Shown here piece by piece: positions 1-8,375 of a stretch of 64,000 nucleotides of DNA (positions are counted from its first letter, which is position 1; each line of letters begins with the position of its first letter). The DNA comes from Anaerolineales bacterium UBA1429 (GTDB lineage Bacteria; Chloroflexota; Anaerolineae; UBA1429). A model generated the notes under the pieces. It was not told the DNA's origin, searched no databases, and was given only the letters and a program-made list of their open reading frames with translations. The DNA is taken from positions 4,198-68,197 of the forward strand of contig DCTX01000078.1 of NCBI GenBank assembly GCA_002329325.1, given 5' to 3'. A program made the position numbers and the translations under genes.

Positions 1-1375
1 GCCCCTGGGCAAAGCGCGCCAGGAACTTGGCCGCCGTGATGGCGCTGGCCTCGCGCCCGCCCGAGTTCTTGATATCGGCCACGTCGCTCTTGATCTGCTC
101 GTCGTACTCGTCGAACAGGGGCAGTTGCCAAGCCTTTTCCCCCGAACGCTCCGCCGCCCCCAGGAGGGCCTTGGCCAGGGGCTGGTCGTTGCCCATCAGG
201 CCGGCGGCCACGTGCCCCAGGGCCACCACGCAGCCGCCCGTCAGCGTAGCCAGGTCCACCACGGCCCGGGGCGCATAGCGGCCGGCGTAAGCCAGGGCGT
301 CCGCCAGGATCAGGCGGCCCTCGGCGTCGGTGCTGATCACCTCGATGGTGAGCCCCGCCTTGGAGCGCAGCACGTCGCCGGGCTTGTAGGCGCGCCCGCC
401 GGGCAGGTTCTCGGTGGCGGGCACCAGGCCGATGACCCGCAGCGGCAGCTTGAGCTCGGCCACGGCTCGCATGGCCCCCAGGGTGGCCGCCGCACCGGCC
501 ATATCGTACTTCATCTGCTGCATCCCCTCCACCGGCTTCAAACTGATGCCCCCCGAATCGAAGGTGATGCCCTTGCCGACGATGACATAGGGCGGAGCGT
601 CGCCGTCGGCGCCCCGGTGCTCCAGCACGATAAAGCGGGCGGGCTCGTGGGAGCCCTGGGCCACGGCCAGCAGCGCCCCCATGCCCTCGGCGGCCATCTC
701 CTCCTCGCCCAGCACCTGGCAGGTCAGGCCCACCTGGTTCGCCATCTCTTGCGCCGCCTGGGCCAGCAGGGTGGGGGTCAGCTCGTTAGCGGGGCGGTTG
801 ACCAGGTCGCGGGCGAAGCAGGCGGCCTCGGCGACGATGCGCCCCGCCTGGGCCCCGCGCTCTACGGCGGGCAGGGCGGCCTCGCTCCACTCCACCAGGG
901 TCAGTTGCTCCAGGGGCGGGCGCCGGTCGGGATCGGGCTGGCGCGAGGCCTCGAAGCGATAGTCGCCCAGGATGGTGCCCTCCACCAGGGCCTGGGCCGC
1001 CTCGTCGGGCGCCAGGCCGCCCGCTCCCGCGCCGTGGACGATGCTGGCATAGCGGGCGACCCCCAGCTCGCGCACCTGACGCGCCGCCAGGGCCGCCGCC
1101 TGCCGCAGCTTGTCCAGGCTCCAGGACTCCTGCTTGCCCAGCCCCACCACCAGCACCCGAGGCGCGGGGATCGCACCCCGGGTGTAGAGCAGGGCCATCT
1201 GGCCAAAGCGGCCATCGAAATCGCCGCTCGCGATGCGCTCGGTGATGGCACCGCCCAGGGCGCGGTCCACGGCGGCTGTGGCGCCCCCCGGCTCCTGCAC
1301 GCCCTGGAACAGGTTGACGACGATCAGCTCGGCGCTGGTCTCTTGAATCGCGCCGCGAAGGGTGTTGACTTGCAT
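1..1375 (-). CDS. pepA: Leucyl aminopeptidase, M17 family (C-terminal end lies beyond the left window edge)
   Basis: Absent from the ORF track because it has no in-window stop. My own minus-strand translation from the ATG (cat at 1373-1375) reads MQVNTLRGAIQETSAELIVVNLF... It later contains VGKGITFDSGGISLKP and STDAEGRLILADAL, the M17 active-site signatures. A GAGGAG Shine-Dalgarno lies just upstream. Confidence 0.85.
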   Translation of the reverse strand, partial: MQVNTLRGAIQETSAELIVVNLFQGVQEPGGATAAVDRALGGAITERIASGDFDGRFGQMALLYTRGAIPAPRVLVVGLGKQESWSLDKLRQAAALAARQVRELGVARYASIVHGAGAGGLAPDEAAQALVEGTILGDYRFEASRQPDPDRRPPLEQLTLVEWSEAALPAVERGAQAGRIVAEAACFARDLVNRPANELTPTLLAQAAQEMANQVGLTCQVLGEEEMAAEGMGALLAVAQGSHEPARFIVLEHRGADGDAPPYVIVGKGITFDSGGISLKPVEGMQQMKYDMAGAAATLGAMRAVAELKLPLRVIGLVPATENLPGGRAYKPGDVLRSKAGLTIEVISTDAEGRLILADALAYAGRYAPRAVVDLATLTGGCVVALGHVAAGLMGNDQPLAKALLGAAERSGEKAWQLPLFDEYDEQIKSDVADIKNSGGREASAITAAKFLARFAQG

Positions 1376-1573
1376 AGTGGGTTACTCCTCTATAGGTCGG
1401 TTGTGTGTCAGATTACCTCGCGCAGAGAGCGCGGAGGGCGCAGAGCAGGTATGACCTACTCTCCCTCGCCATCCCGTCATCTCGTAGGGGCGAAGCTCGC
1501 CTTCGCCCTCCCTAGCTCTTCGTTCTTTGCGCGAAACTCGCCTTCATCCTTGCGGGCGTGCCAGGCGCGGCCC

Positions 1574-2920
1574 CTACTCCCCCATCTCCCCGTACCGGCA
1601 GGTGATCTCCCACAGCGTCTCATAGCCGAACGCCAGGCTTTCCAGCCAGAGGCCCTCGTCCACGGCGTGAGCGCCGCCGGTTCGCACCGCCTCGGGTTGC
1701 GGCAGAGCGGGGATGAACCCGTACACCGGCACGCCGCGGGGGATCAGGTGCTTGGCGTCGGTGGAGCCGGCGCACTGCCAGGGCACCACCTGGGCGCCCG
1801 CGACTTCCTCGGCGATCACCGCGCCGATCACATCCACGATGGGCGCATCGGGCGACGATTCCAGGCCGGGCGAGTACTGGCCCTGATGCAGTTCGACGGT
1901 CACCTCGTCTCCCGCCAGCTCCTGGAGGTGCGCCAGAAAGCCCTGCAGGGTCTGGCCCGGCAGGATGCGGCCATCCAGATAGGCCTGGGCCGTGGCGGGG
2001 ATGACGTTGATGCGATCCAGGTCGCCCGCGGCCAGCACCGTGGGCGAGACCGTGTTGTAAAAGAGGGCCCGATTGCGCGCCGCGCCCTCCGGCGAGAGCC
2101 CGGCCTCGATCAGGGCCTCCTCGATGCGCCCCCTGGCCAACAGCCCATCCACCTTGTGGCCGCGCGGCGCCGAATGGCTCTCGGCGATGGTCACCAGCGC
2201 CCTGCGCATGGTCTCGATGGCGCGCCCCTCCAGGTGGCCGTCGCCCAGGCGGGCCAGGGCGCGGGCCAGGCGGTAGGTGGCCAGGTCGTAGCGGGGCTGC
2301 GAGGCGTGGCCGCTGGCGGCTTGCGCCGTCCAGACGGTGCGGCAGACGCCCTTCTCGGCGGTCTGGATGGTGAAGAAGGTGCGCTCGCCCACGCGCATGG
2401 CGCTGCCTGCTCCCTCGTTCAGGGCGCAAGCGGGCTCCAGGATCTCGGGCTCGTTCTGGGCCAGCCAGCCCATGCCCCAGCGGCCGCCCTTCTCCTCATC
2501 GGCGGTGGCCGCCAGGATCACGTCGCGTTTGAGGCGGCGGCCCTCCGCGGCCAGCCGCAGCAGGATGGCCGCGCCATAGGCCACCATCTGCTTGTTGTCG
2601 GTGCTACCGCGCCCCCAAAGGACGCCATCCCGGATCTCGGCCTCAAAGGGCGGATGGCTCCACGCCTCGGGGTCGGCGGCCACCACATCCAGGTGACCCA
2701 TGAGCATCAGGGGGCGGGCCTCCCCGGTGCCGCGCCAGCGGGCGATCAGGTTGCCGCGCCCCGGCGCAGGCTCGATGATGCGCGTCTCGATGCCTGCCGG
2801 GGCCAGCAGGTCGGCCAGGTAGCGGGCGCAGGCAATCTCGTTGCCGGGAGGGTTGGTGGTATCCATGCGCACCAGAGCTTGCAAAATCTCGATCACCCTC
2901 GGGTAGGTTGGCTGCCCCAT
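1574..2920 (-). CDS. M20 family metallopeptidase (ArgE/DapE/CPG2-like)
   Basis: 448-aa ORF. The N-terminus LVRMDTTNPPGNE...LMLMGHLDVV...WGRGSTDNK is the typical M20 metal-binding and catalytic pattern. ATG start. Confidence 0.8.
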   Translation of the reverse strand: MGQPTYPRVIEILQALVRMDTTNPPGNEIACARYLADLLAPAGIETRIIEPAPGRGNLIARWRGTGEARPLMLMGHLDVVAADPEAWSHPPFEAEIRDGVLWGRGSTDNKQMVAYGAAILLRLAAEGRRLKRDVILAATADEEKGGRWGMGWLAQNEPEILEPACALNEGAGSAMRVGERTFFTIQTAEKGVCRTVWTAQAASGHASQPRYDLATYRLARALARLGDGHLEGRAIETMRRALVTIAESHSAPRGHKVDGLLARGRIEEALIEAGLSPEGAARNRALFYNTVSPTVLAAGDLDRINVIPATAQAYLDGRILPGQTLQGFLAHLQELAGDEVTVELHQGQYSPGLESSPDAPIVDVIGAVIAEEVAGAQVVPWQCAGSTDAKHLIPRGVPVYGFIPALPQPEAVRTGGAHAVDEGLWLESLAFGYETLWEITCRYGEMGE

Positions 2921-3285
2921 GCAAGATACCCCTTTCTCTAGCCGTCTGCCTCCAGGGTATCACAAGGCCGGGGGGCGCGCAAGACTCTTGCGGGGCGAGG
3001 CGAAGCCCCGATCCGTCAGGTATGGGCTTGCCCGGCGACAAGGGAGATCTCGCCACGCCCCCATCCCCCGACATGTCAGGATCTTCTCCGACCGCGCGGT
3101 GGGAAGAGGGGGCAGCGCCAGTGCCGCGCTTGCTTGCTGACGCGACGTTGTCCTGGCATGGCACCCCGGGTGGTATCCTGGCTGAGCGATCGTGCGTTTT
3201 GACCCCTCTCCCCCAATGGGCTACACTCACCCCGTTGGCTCCACCCGGCCTCAGTTGCCGTGTGACGGCTCATGGGGAGGTCAGT

Positions 3286-4494
3286 TTGGCTCTACGCCGC
3301 GCCTGCTATGGGATCGTTCTGTTGGCCTTGCTGGCCCTGGCGTTGCAGGGCTGCAGCGGCCGGCAGTTGCTCTACGATGTCTCCATCCGGCCCACCGTCA
3401 TCTCGCCCGATGCCGATGGGCAGGATGATATCGCCGAGGTCAAGTACTCCCTCTCGCGCTCGTCCCAAATCACCATCTATCTGCTGGATGAGAGCGGTCA
3501 GCGCCACGACCTGCGCGTCGCCGAGCGGCGCTCCAAGGGGGAACGCACCCTCTACTTTGGCGGCGTGGTGGATGGCCGCCTCCTGCCCGATGGCGACTAT
3601 ACCATGGTCTTTGAGGCTGTGGATGGGCGCGGGCATAGCGAGCGCACCGAAACGCCCATCACCCTGGCCGATGGCGATCCGGTGCCCATCGAGGTCGAGA
3701 ACCTCAACATCTGGCCCCAGACCTTTGAGCCCAACCGCGACGGCATCGCCGACCGGGTCAAGATCGGCTACAACCTGAACAAAGAAGCCGAGCGGGTGGA
3801 GGTCTACATCTTGGGAGCCGACGGTGCCAAGTACCCCGTGCCCGAGGACAAGATCCGTGAGGAGGGCGCGCCCGGCACCCACGAGCACGATTACGACGGC
3901 GGCATTGATCTAGGCGCCACGCCGCCCCCCGATGGCGATTATACCGTGGTGGTGATGGCGGAGGACGCCGTGGGCAACCGCTCCGAGGCCCGAGGCTCGC
4001 TGACCATCGAGGGCGGCGGCCTGCCTTTGGTGGAAATCATCCAGCGGGCGGCGGTGTTCGAGCCCTCGGTGGTGCCCCTGGGGACCACCCTCTACTTCAC
4101 CTGCACCGTCAAGAACATCGGCACGGTGCCCATCCGCACCAAGGGTCCCGAGCCCGGCACGATCTATAGCACCGCGCAGAACTATAACACCCTGGCGGAA
4201 TACGAGGAGCCGGGCATCTTTCGCGTTGGCCTGGATTACGAGGGCAACACCGAGGGCCGCAGCTATCCCTTCCGCTGGCAGCTCGGTATGGACGACGAGC
4301 TAACCGTGATTGACACCACCATCGGCCCGCAGCAGTACCTCATGCCCGGCCAGACCGTTACCGTCTGGGGCGGCCTGCGGGTGGACGATGTGCCCGTGAA
4401 GACAGAGCCGTACTACTGGCTGGGGTTGATCCATGAGCAGGTCTGGGTCGTGCAGGATCGCGTGGAACCCACCCAGATCGCCATCGGCTTCTAG
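3286..4494 (+). CDS. Lipoprotein with repeated FlgD-Ig/Ig-like beta-sandwich segments
   Basis: In frame with track ORF 2908..4494. I place the start at TTG 3286, 5 nt after GGGGAGG (3274-3280). That gives MALRRACYGIVLLALLALALQGC with a lipobox (LQGC). Repeated ISPDADGQDD / FEPNRDGIADR / PDGDYT segments resemble FlgD-Ig-type repeats. Confidence 0.6.
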   Translation: MALRRACYGIVLLALLALALQGCSGRQLLYDVSIRPTVISPDADGQDDIAEVKYSLSRSSQITIYLLDESGQRHDLRVAERRSKGERTLYFGGVVDGRLLPDGDYTMVFEAVDGRGHSERTETPITLADGDPVPIEVENLNIWPQTFEPNRDGIADRVKIGYNLNKEAERVEVYILGADGAKYPVPEDKIREEGAPGTHEHDYDGGIDLGATPPPDGDYTVVVMAEDAVGNRSEARGSLTIEGGGLPLVEIIQRAAVFEPSVVPLGTTLYFTCTVKNIGTVPIRTKGPEPGTIYSTAQNYNTLAEYEEPGIFRVGLDYEGNTEGRSYPFRWQLGMDDELTVIDTTIGPQQYLMPGQTVTVWGGLRVDDVPVKTEPYYWLGLIHEQVWVVQDRVEPTQIAIGF

Positions 4495-4504
4495 GCGGGC
4501 CTCC

Positions 4505-5440
4505 GTGGATCTGGGCGTCGTCATCGTCAGCTACAACACCTGTTCGTTGACCCTGGATTGCCTGGCCTCCGTCTATGCGGCGCTCACTCAAGGGCCGCTG
4601 GAGGCCCAGGTGTGCGTGGTGGACAATGCCTCCGGCGACGACAGCGCTGCCCGCATCGCCGAGCGCTACCCCCAGGCGATCCTGATCCGCAGCGAGGAGA
4701 ACCTGGGCTTTGCGGGGGGCACCAACCTGGGGCTGGCCCGCTTGCTGGCCCTTGACCCCGCGCCGCGCCACCTGCTGCTGCTCAACCCCGATACGCTGGT
4801 GCAGCCCCAGGCCCTCTCGCGCATGGTCGCCTTCTTGGATCAACGCCCCGATGTAGGCGCCGTGGGGGCCCAGTTGGCCTATGGCGACGGCAGCTTTCAG
4901 CACGGCGCCTTTCACTTTCCCACCCTCTGGATGGCCTTCTTTGACTTTTGGACCATCAACCACCGCCTGATCCACTCGCGGCTCAATGGCCGCTATCCCC
5001 GGCGGTTGTATGCGGCGGGCGAGCCCTTCCCCATCGATCACCCCCTGGGGGCCGCGCTGATGGCCCGCCGTGAGGCGCTGGAGCAGGTGGGCCTGCTGGA
5101 TGAGGGCTACTTTATGTATTGCGAGGAGATCGACTGGTGCCTGCGGGCCAAGCGCCTGGGCTGGGGGATCTACTGCGTGCCCCAGGCGCGCATCACTCAC
5201 CTGGAGGGCCAGAGCACCCGCCAGTTCCGCGAGCGCATGTTCATCGCCCTCTGGCGCAGTCGTTTTCGCCTGTTCACCAAGCACTATGGCGCGGCCTATC
5301 GCGCCGGGGTGCGCCTGATCTTGCGCGCCGGGTTGGCCCGCCAGAGCCGCCAGGTGCGCCGGATGCTGGCCAAGGGCGAGCTGGAGGCCGAAGCCGCCCA
5401 GCGGCAATTGGCCGCCTATCGCACCGTGTTGGAGATGTAG
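4505..5440 (+). CDS. Glycosyltransferase family 2
   Basis: VDLGVVIVSYNTCSLTLDCLASV...VVDNASGDDS...NLGFAGGTNLG...NPD is the classic GT2 (GT-A, DxD) pattern. GTG 4505 is chosen to avoid overlap with the upstream gene, so the start is uncertain. Confidence 0.8.
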   Translation: MDLGVVIVSYNTCSLTLDCLASVYAALTQGPLEAQVCVVDNASGDDSAARIAERYPQAILIRSEENLGFAGGTNLGLARLLALDPAPRHLLLLNPDTLVQPQALSRMVAFLDQRPDVGAVGAQLAYGDGSFQHGAFHFPTLWMAFFDFWTINHRLIHSRLNGRYPRRLYAAGEPFPIDHPLGAALMARREALEQVGLLDEGYFMYCEEIDWCLRAKRLGWGIYCVPQARITHLEGQSTRQFRERMFIALWRSRFRLFTKHYGAAYRAGVRLILRAGLARQSRQVRRMLAKGELEAEAAQRQLAAYRTVLEM

Positions 5441-5441
5441 C

Positions 5442-6200
5442 ATGGCACGCATCACCGTGGGCGTCCTGGCCGGGAACAACGAGGGGATCATCGCCGAGTG
5501 CCTGGAGAGCGCCGCCTGGGCCGATGAGCTGCTGGTGATCCTGGACGACCGCAGCACCGACGGCACCGCCGAGATCGCCCGTGGCCTGGGGGCGCGGGTG
5601 ATCCCCCATCGCTTTGAAGATTTCGCCCGGCAACGCAACTTTGGCCTGGAACAGGCGCGCACCGAATGGCTCTTTTACCTGGATTCCGACGAGCGGACCA
5701 CGCCGGCCCTGGGCCAGGAGATCCGCGGCCTGATCGAGGAGGGGACCTGCGCCGGCTGGTGGGTGCCCCGACGCAACTACATCTGGGGCAAAGAGACGCG
5801 CCATGGCGGCTGGTATCCCGATTACCAGCTTCGGCTGTTGCGAGTGGGCCGGGCCCAGTATGATCCGGCGCGACGCGTCCACGAGGTGGTGCTCCTGGAC
5901 GGCCCCGAGGGCTACCTGCAGGAGCACCTGCTGCACTACAACTATGCCAGCATGGCCCAGTTCATCGCCAAGCAGCGCCAATACGTGGACCTGGAGGCCC
6001 GCATTCGCCTGGCCGACGGCGCGCCCTCGCGGCCCCGCCACCTGATCACCCAGCCCCTCAGGGAGTTCTGGCGGCGCTACATCACACTGGAGGGCTATCG
6101 CGACGGCTGGCACGGCCTCAAGCTATGCGCCCTGGTGGCCTACTATTATGGTTTCCAGGTGGCGCGGCGGCTGATGCAGCTACGGCGGGCCGAGGGCTAG
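5442..6200 (+). CDS. Glycosyltransferase family 2 (small WaaE/KdtX-like type)
   Basis: ITVGVLAGNNEGIIAECLES...LVILDDRSTDGTAEIA...FARQRNFGL...LDSDE. The ATG lies 1 nt after the upstream stop. Confidence 0.75.
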   Translation: MARITVGVLAGNNEGIIAECLESAAWADELLVILDDRSTDGTAEIARGLGARVIPHRFEDFARQRNFGLEQARTEWLFYLDSDERTTPALGQEIRGLIEEGTCAGWWVPRRNYIWGKETRHGGWYPDYQLRLLRVGRAQYDPARRVHEVVLLDGPEGYLQEHLLHYNYASMAQFIAKQRQYVDLEARIRLADGAPSRPRHLITQPLREFWRRYITLEGYRDGWHGLKLCALVAYYYGFQVARRLMQLRRAEG

Positions 6201-6220
6201 CCTTTTCGCCGGGATGACAA

Positions 6221-6250
6221 AGCGGGGTGGGGACGCATCCCCACCCCGCT
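6221..6250. terminator. Bidirectional hairpin between convergent genes
   Basis: Perfect 13-bp stem agcggggtgggga / tccccaccccgct with loop cgca, between the GT2 stop (6200) and the hpf stop (6265). Confidence 0.6.
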
Positions 6251-6264
6251 CTTGATGATCAGCG

Positions 6265-6816
6265 CTAGGCCAACTCGGGCAGCAGCAGCCCGTATCCCTC
6301 GCCGCGCCGCCGGTAGACGACGCTAAAGCTGTTGGTGTTCACGTTGTAAAAGACGAAAAAGTCGTGCCCCAGGAGCTCCATCTGCTCGATGGCCTCTTCC
6401 ACATCCATGGGGCGCGTGTGGAACTCTTTGACGCGCACTACCTGCTCGAGGGTGTCCTCGTCCTCTTCCTCCTCGACGGGCAGTTCGGCGGCCTCAACCT
6501 GATGGCGCGGGCGCGAGGACCAGCGCTTGCCCTTGTAGCGCTTGATCTGGCGCTCGAGCTTGTCCAGCGCCGTGTCAATGGACGAGCGCATGTCGGCCGA
6601 GCGCTCCTCGGCGCGCAGGATCATCCCGTGATCGGCCCGCAGGGTGATCTGGGCGATCTGTCGCTCCTCCGCCGAGCGACTGTTCAACACGGACAGGTCT
6701 ACCTCTGCTTCACGAATGTCCGGAAAGAAACGATCGAGCTTGCTTACCTTGCGCTCCACATAATCGCGCAGCGCATCGCCAAACTCTACCCCTCGGCTCC
6801 GAATCATCACTTCCAT
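6265..6816 (-). CDS. hpf: Ribosome hibernation promoting factor, long form
   Basis: MEVMIRSRGVEFGDALRDYVERKVSKLDRFF...QITLRADHGMILRAEERSADMRSSIDTALDKLERQIKRYKGK, plus the C-terminal dimerisation domain (HDFFVFYN). Confidence 0.9.
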   Translation of the reverse strand: MEVMIRSRGVEFGDALRDYVERKVSKLDRFFPDIREAEVDLSVLNSRSAEERQIAQITLRADHGMILRAEERSADMRSSIDTALDKLERQIKRYKGKRWSSRPRHQVEAAELPVEEEEDEDTLEQVVRVKEFHTRPMDVEEAIEQMELLGHDFFVFYNVNTNSFSVVYRRRGEGYGLLLPELA

Positions 6817-6983
6817 GCTCGAGCCTCCTTACTGTACTGCGGACGATGAGCTGAGGACACCGAATATGCTCATGGCCCCGAGACAACAGTCGGGCGGCCT
6901 TCGCCAGCCCTTCTGTTGCCTTGATGGTAGCATCATGGGGAGGCGCTGTCAATGCGCCTTTGTGCTGCTTTTGCCTGCGCCAC

Positions 6984-7012
6984 TTGGTCAACTTGCACAG
7001 TTGGTGTATACT
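6984..7012 (+). promoter_or_regulatory. Candidate sigma-70-type promoter for the aminotransferase gene
   Basis: TTGGTC (6984-6989), 17-nt spacer, TATACT (7007-7012). Read by eye only. Confidence 0.3.
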
Positions 7013-7137
7013 TGCGCCCACTCGTTCATGGAGATCGAGTAGCAGTCTGACAGGGAACACTGCCGTGCAGCGAGGCCGGACCTCGTCTCGCCACGGCTTT
7101 TTTTCATCTACTACGGGAACGGAAGGGGAACAGGAGC

Positions 7138-8334
7138 ATGAAGCCGCTATCCAGGAGTGTCACCGGTATTGATCGGTCGCCGATCCGTTTCATACTCGAT
7201 CGCGCTGCCGCTTATCCGGGAGCTATTCACCTGGAGATCGGACAACCCGATTTCGCCGTTCCGGCCCATGTGATGGAGGCCGTCGTCAATGTGACGCGCC
7301 ACGAGTATACCGGCTACACGGCCAACGCGGGCATGTTGGCGCTGCGCGAGGCCATCGTGGTCAAGCTGGCCCGCGAGAACGATATGCGCGTGACGCCCGA
7401 GAACATCATCGTCACCGTGGGCGCCATGCATGCCGTGTACGCCACCATGATGACCTTGCTGAACCCTGGCGACGAGATCCTGCTGCCCGATCCGGGCTAT
7501 GGCAATTTCAACATGGCGGCCAGGCTGTGCCAGGCCACGCCCGTGTTCTACCCCACCGTGGCGGAACGCAGCTTTGAGCCCGATCTGGATGTCCTGGAGA
7601 CCCTGGTCACCGAGCGCACCAAAGTCCTGTTCATCAACAGCCCGTCCAACCCGACGGGCGCTGTTTTTTCCCGGGCGATGATGCGCGCCTGCCTCGATTT
7701 CTGCCGCAGGCACGACCTCTATCTGGTCTCCGATGAGACCTACGACCGGCTGATCTATGAGGGCGAGCACGTGAGCCCGGCCCAATGGGACGACGAAGGC
7801 CGCGTGGTCACCATCCTGACCACCTCCAAGACCTACGCCATGACGGGCTGGCGCGTGGGCTATGCCGTAGCGAGCAAGCCGATCATCTCGGCCATGACCA
7901 AGATCCAGGAGCCGATGGTCTCTTGCGTCAACACGGTGGCGCAGCATGGCGCCATCGCGGCGCTGTTGGGCCCCCAGGATTGCGTCGAGGCCATGCGCGC
8001 CGAGTACCGCCGCCGCCGCGATATCGCCGTCGAGCTGGCCCTGGAGAACGAGCTATCGGTCTCCTACCCCCACGGCGCCTTCTATATGCTGGTGGACATC
8101 TCCGCCCAGCCCAAGGACTCGGTCGCTTTCTGCTGCGACCTGCTGGATGCCGAGAATGTGGCGGCGGCCCCCGGCCTGGCCTTTGGCGAGCGCTGCGACC
8201 GGTATGTGCGCGTCTCGCTGTGCGCCAAGGAAGAGGCGATTCGCGAGGGGCTGCCCCGCCTGGCTCGCTACCTGCAGCGCGCGGCCGAGGGACAGACGGT
8301 GACGGAGACCCTCTCCGCCCAGGCTGCCAGCTAG
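7138..8334 (+). CDS. Pyridoxal-phosphate-dependent aminotransferase, class I/II (aspartate-aminotransferase-like)
   Basis: 398 aa with INSPSNPTGAVFS and the TSKTYAMTGWRVGY PLP-lysine motif. Confidence 0.85.
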   Translation: MKPLSRSVTGIDRSPIRFILDRAAAYPGAIHLEIGQPDFAVPAHVMEAVVNVTRHEYTGYTANAGMLALREAIVVKLARENDMRVTPENIIVTVGAMHAVYATMMTLLNPGDEILLPDPGYGNFNMAARLCQATPVFYPTVAERSFEPDLDVLETLVTERTKVLFINSPSNPTGAVFSRAMMRACLDFCRRHDLYLVSDETYDRLIYEGEHVSPAQWDDEGRVVTILTTSKTYAMTGWRVGYAVASKPIISAMTKIQEPMVSCVNTVAQHGAIAALLGPQDCVEAMRAEYRRRRDIAVELALENELSVSYPHGAFYMLVDISAQPKDSVAFCCDLLDAENVAAAPGLAFGERCDRYVRVSLCAKEEAIREGLPRLARYLQRAAEGQTVTETLSAQAAS

Positions 8335-8375
8335 CCAACGGGTCCCCGGCGGGGCGAGACGGCCGAGGCCGACGG

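Noticed and set aside
1487-1499. 13-mer ggggcgaagctcg shared with 61077-61089, both within hairpin-like contexts (possible REP-like element)
   Set aside because: A single shared 13-mer is expected many times by chance among all position pairs in 64 kb of GC-biased DNA. The flanks do not align.
125-2941. 938-aa plus-strand ORF spanning the pepA and M20 peptidase loci
   Set aside because: Its composition is dominated by G/A/R/L/Q/H/P, it has no motifs, and it lies exactly antisense to two genes with clear family signatures. It is a typical high-GC shadow ORF.
2908-3285. Upstream extension of the lipoprotein ORF, and the overlapping 3272..3778 frame
   Set aside because: The extension overlaps the divergent M20 gene start and lacks an RBS. 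TTG 3286 has a perfect GGGGAGG and yields a canonical lipoprotein signal. The alternative frame is Cys/Trp/Pro-rich nonsense.
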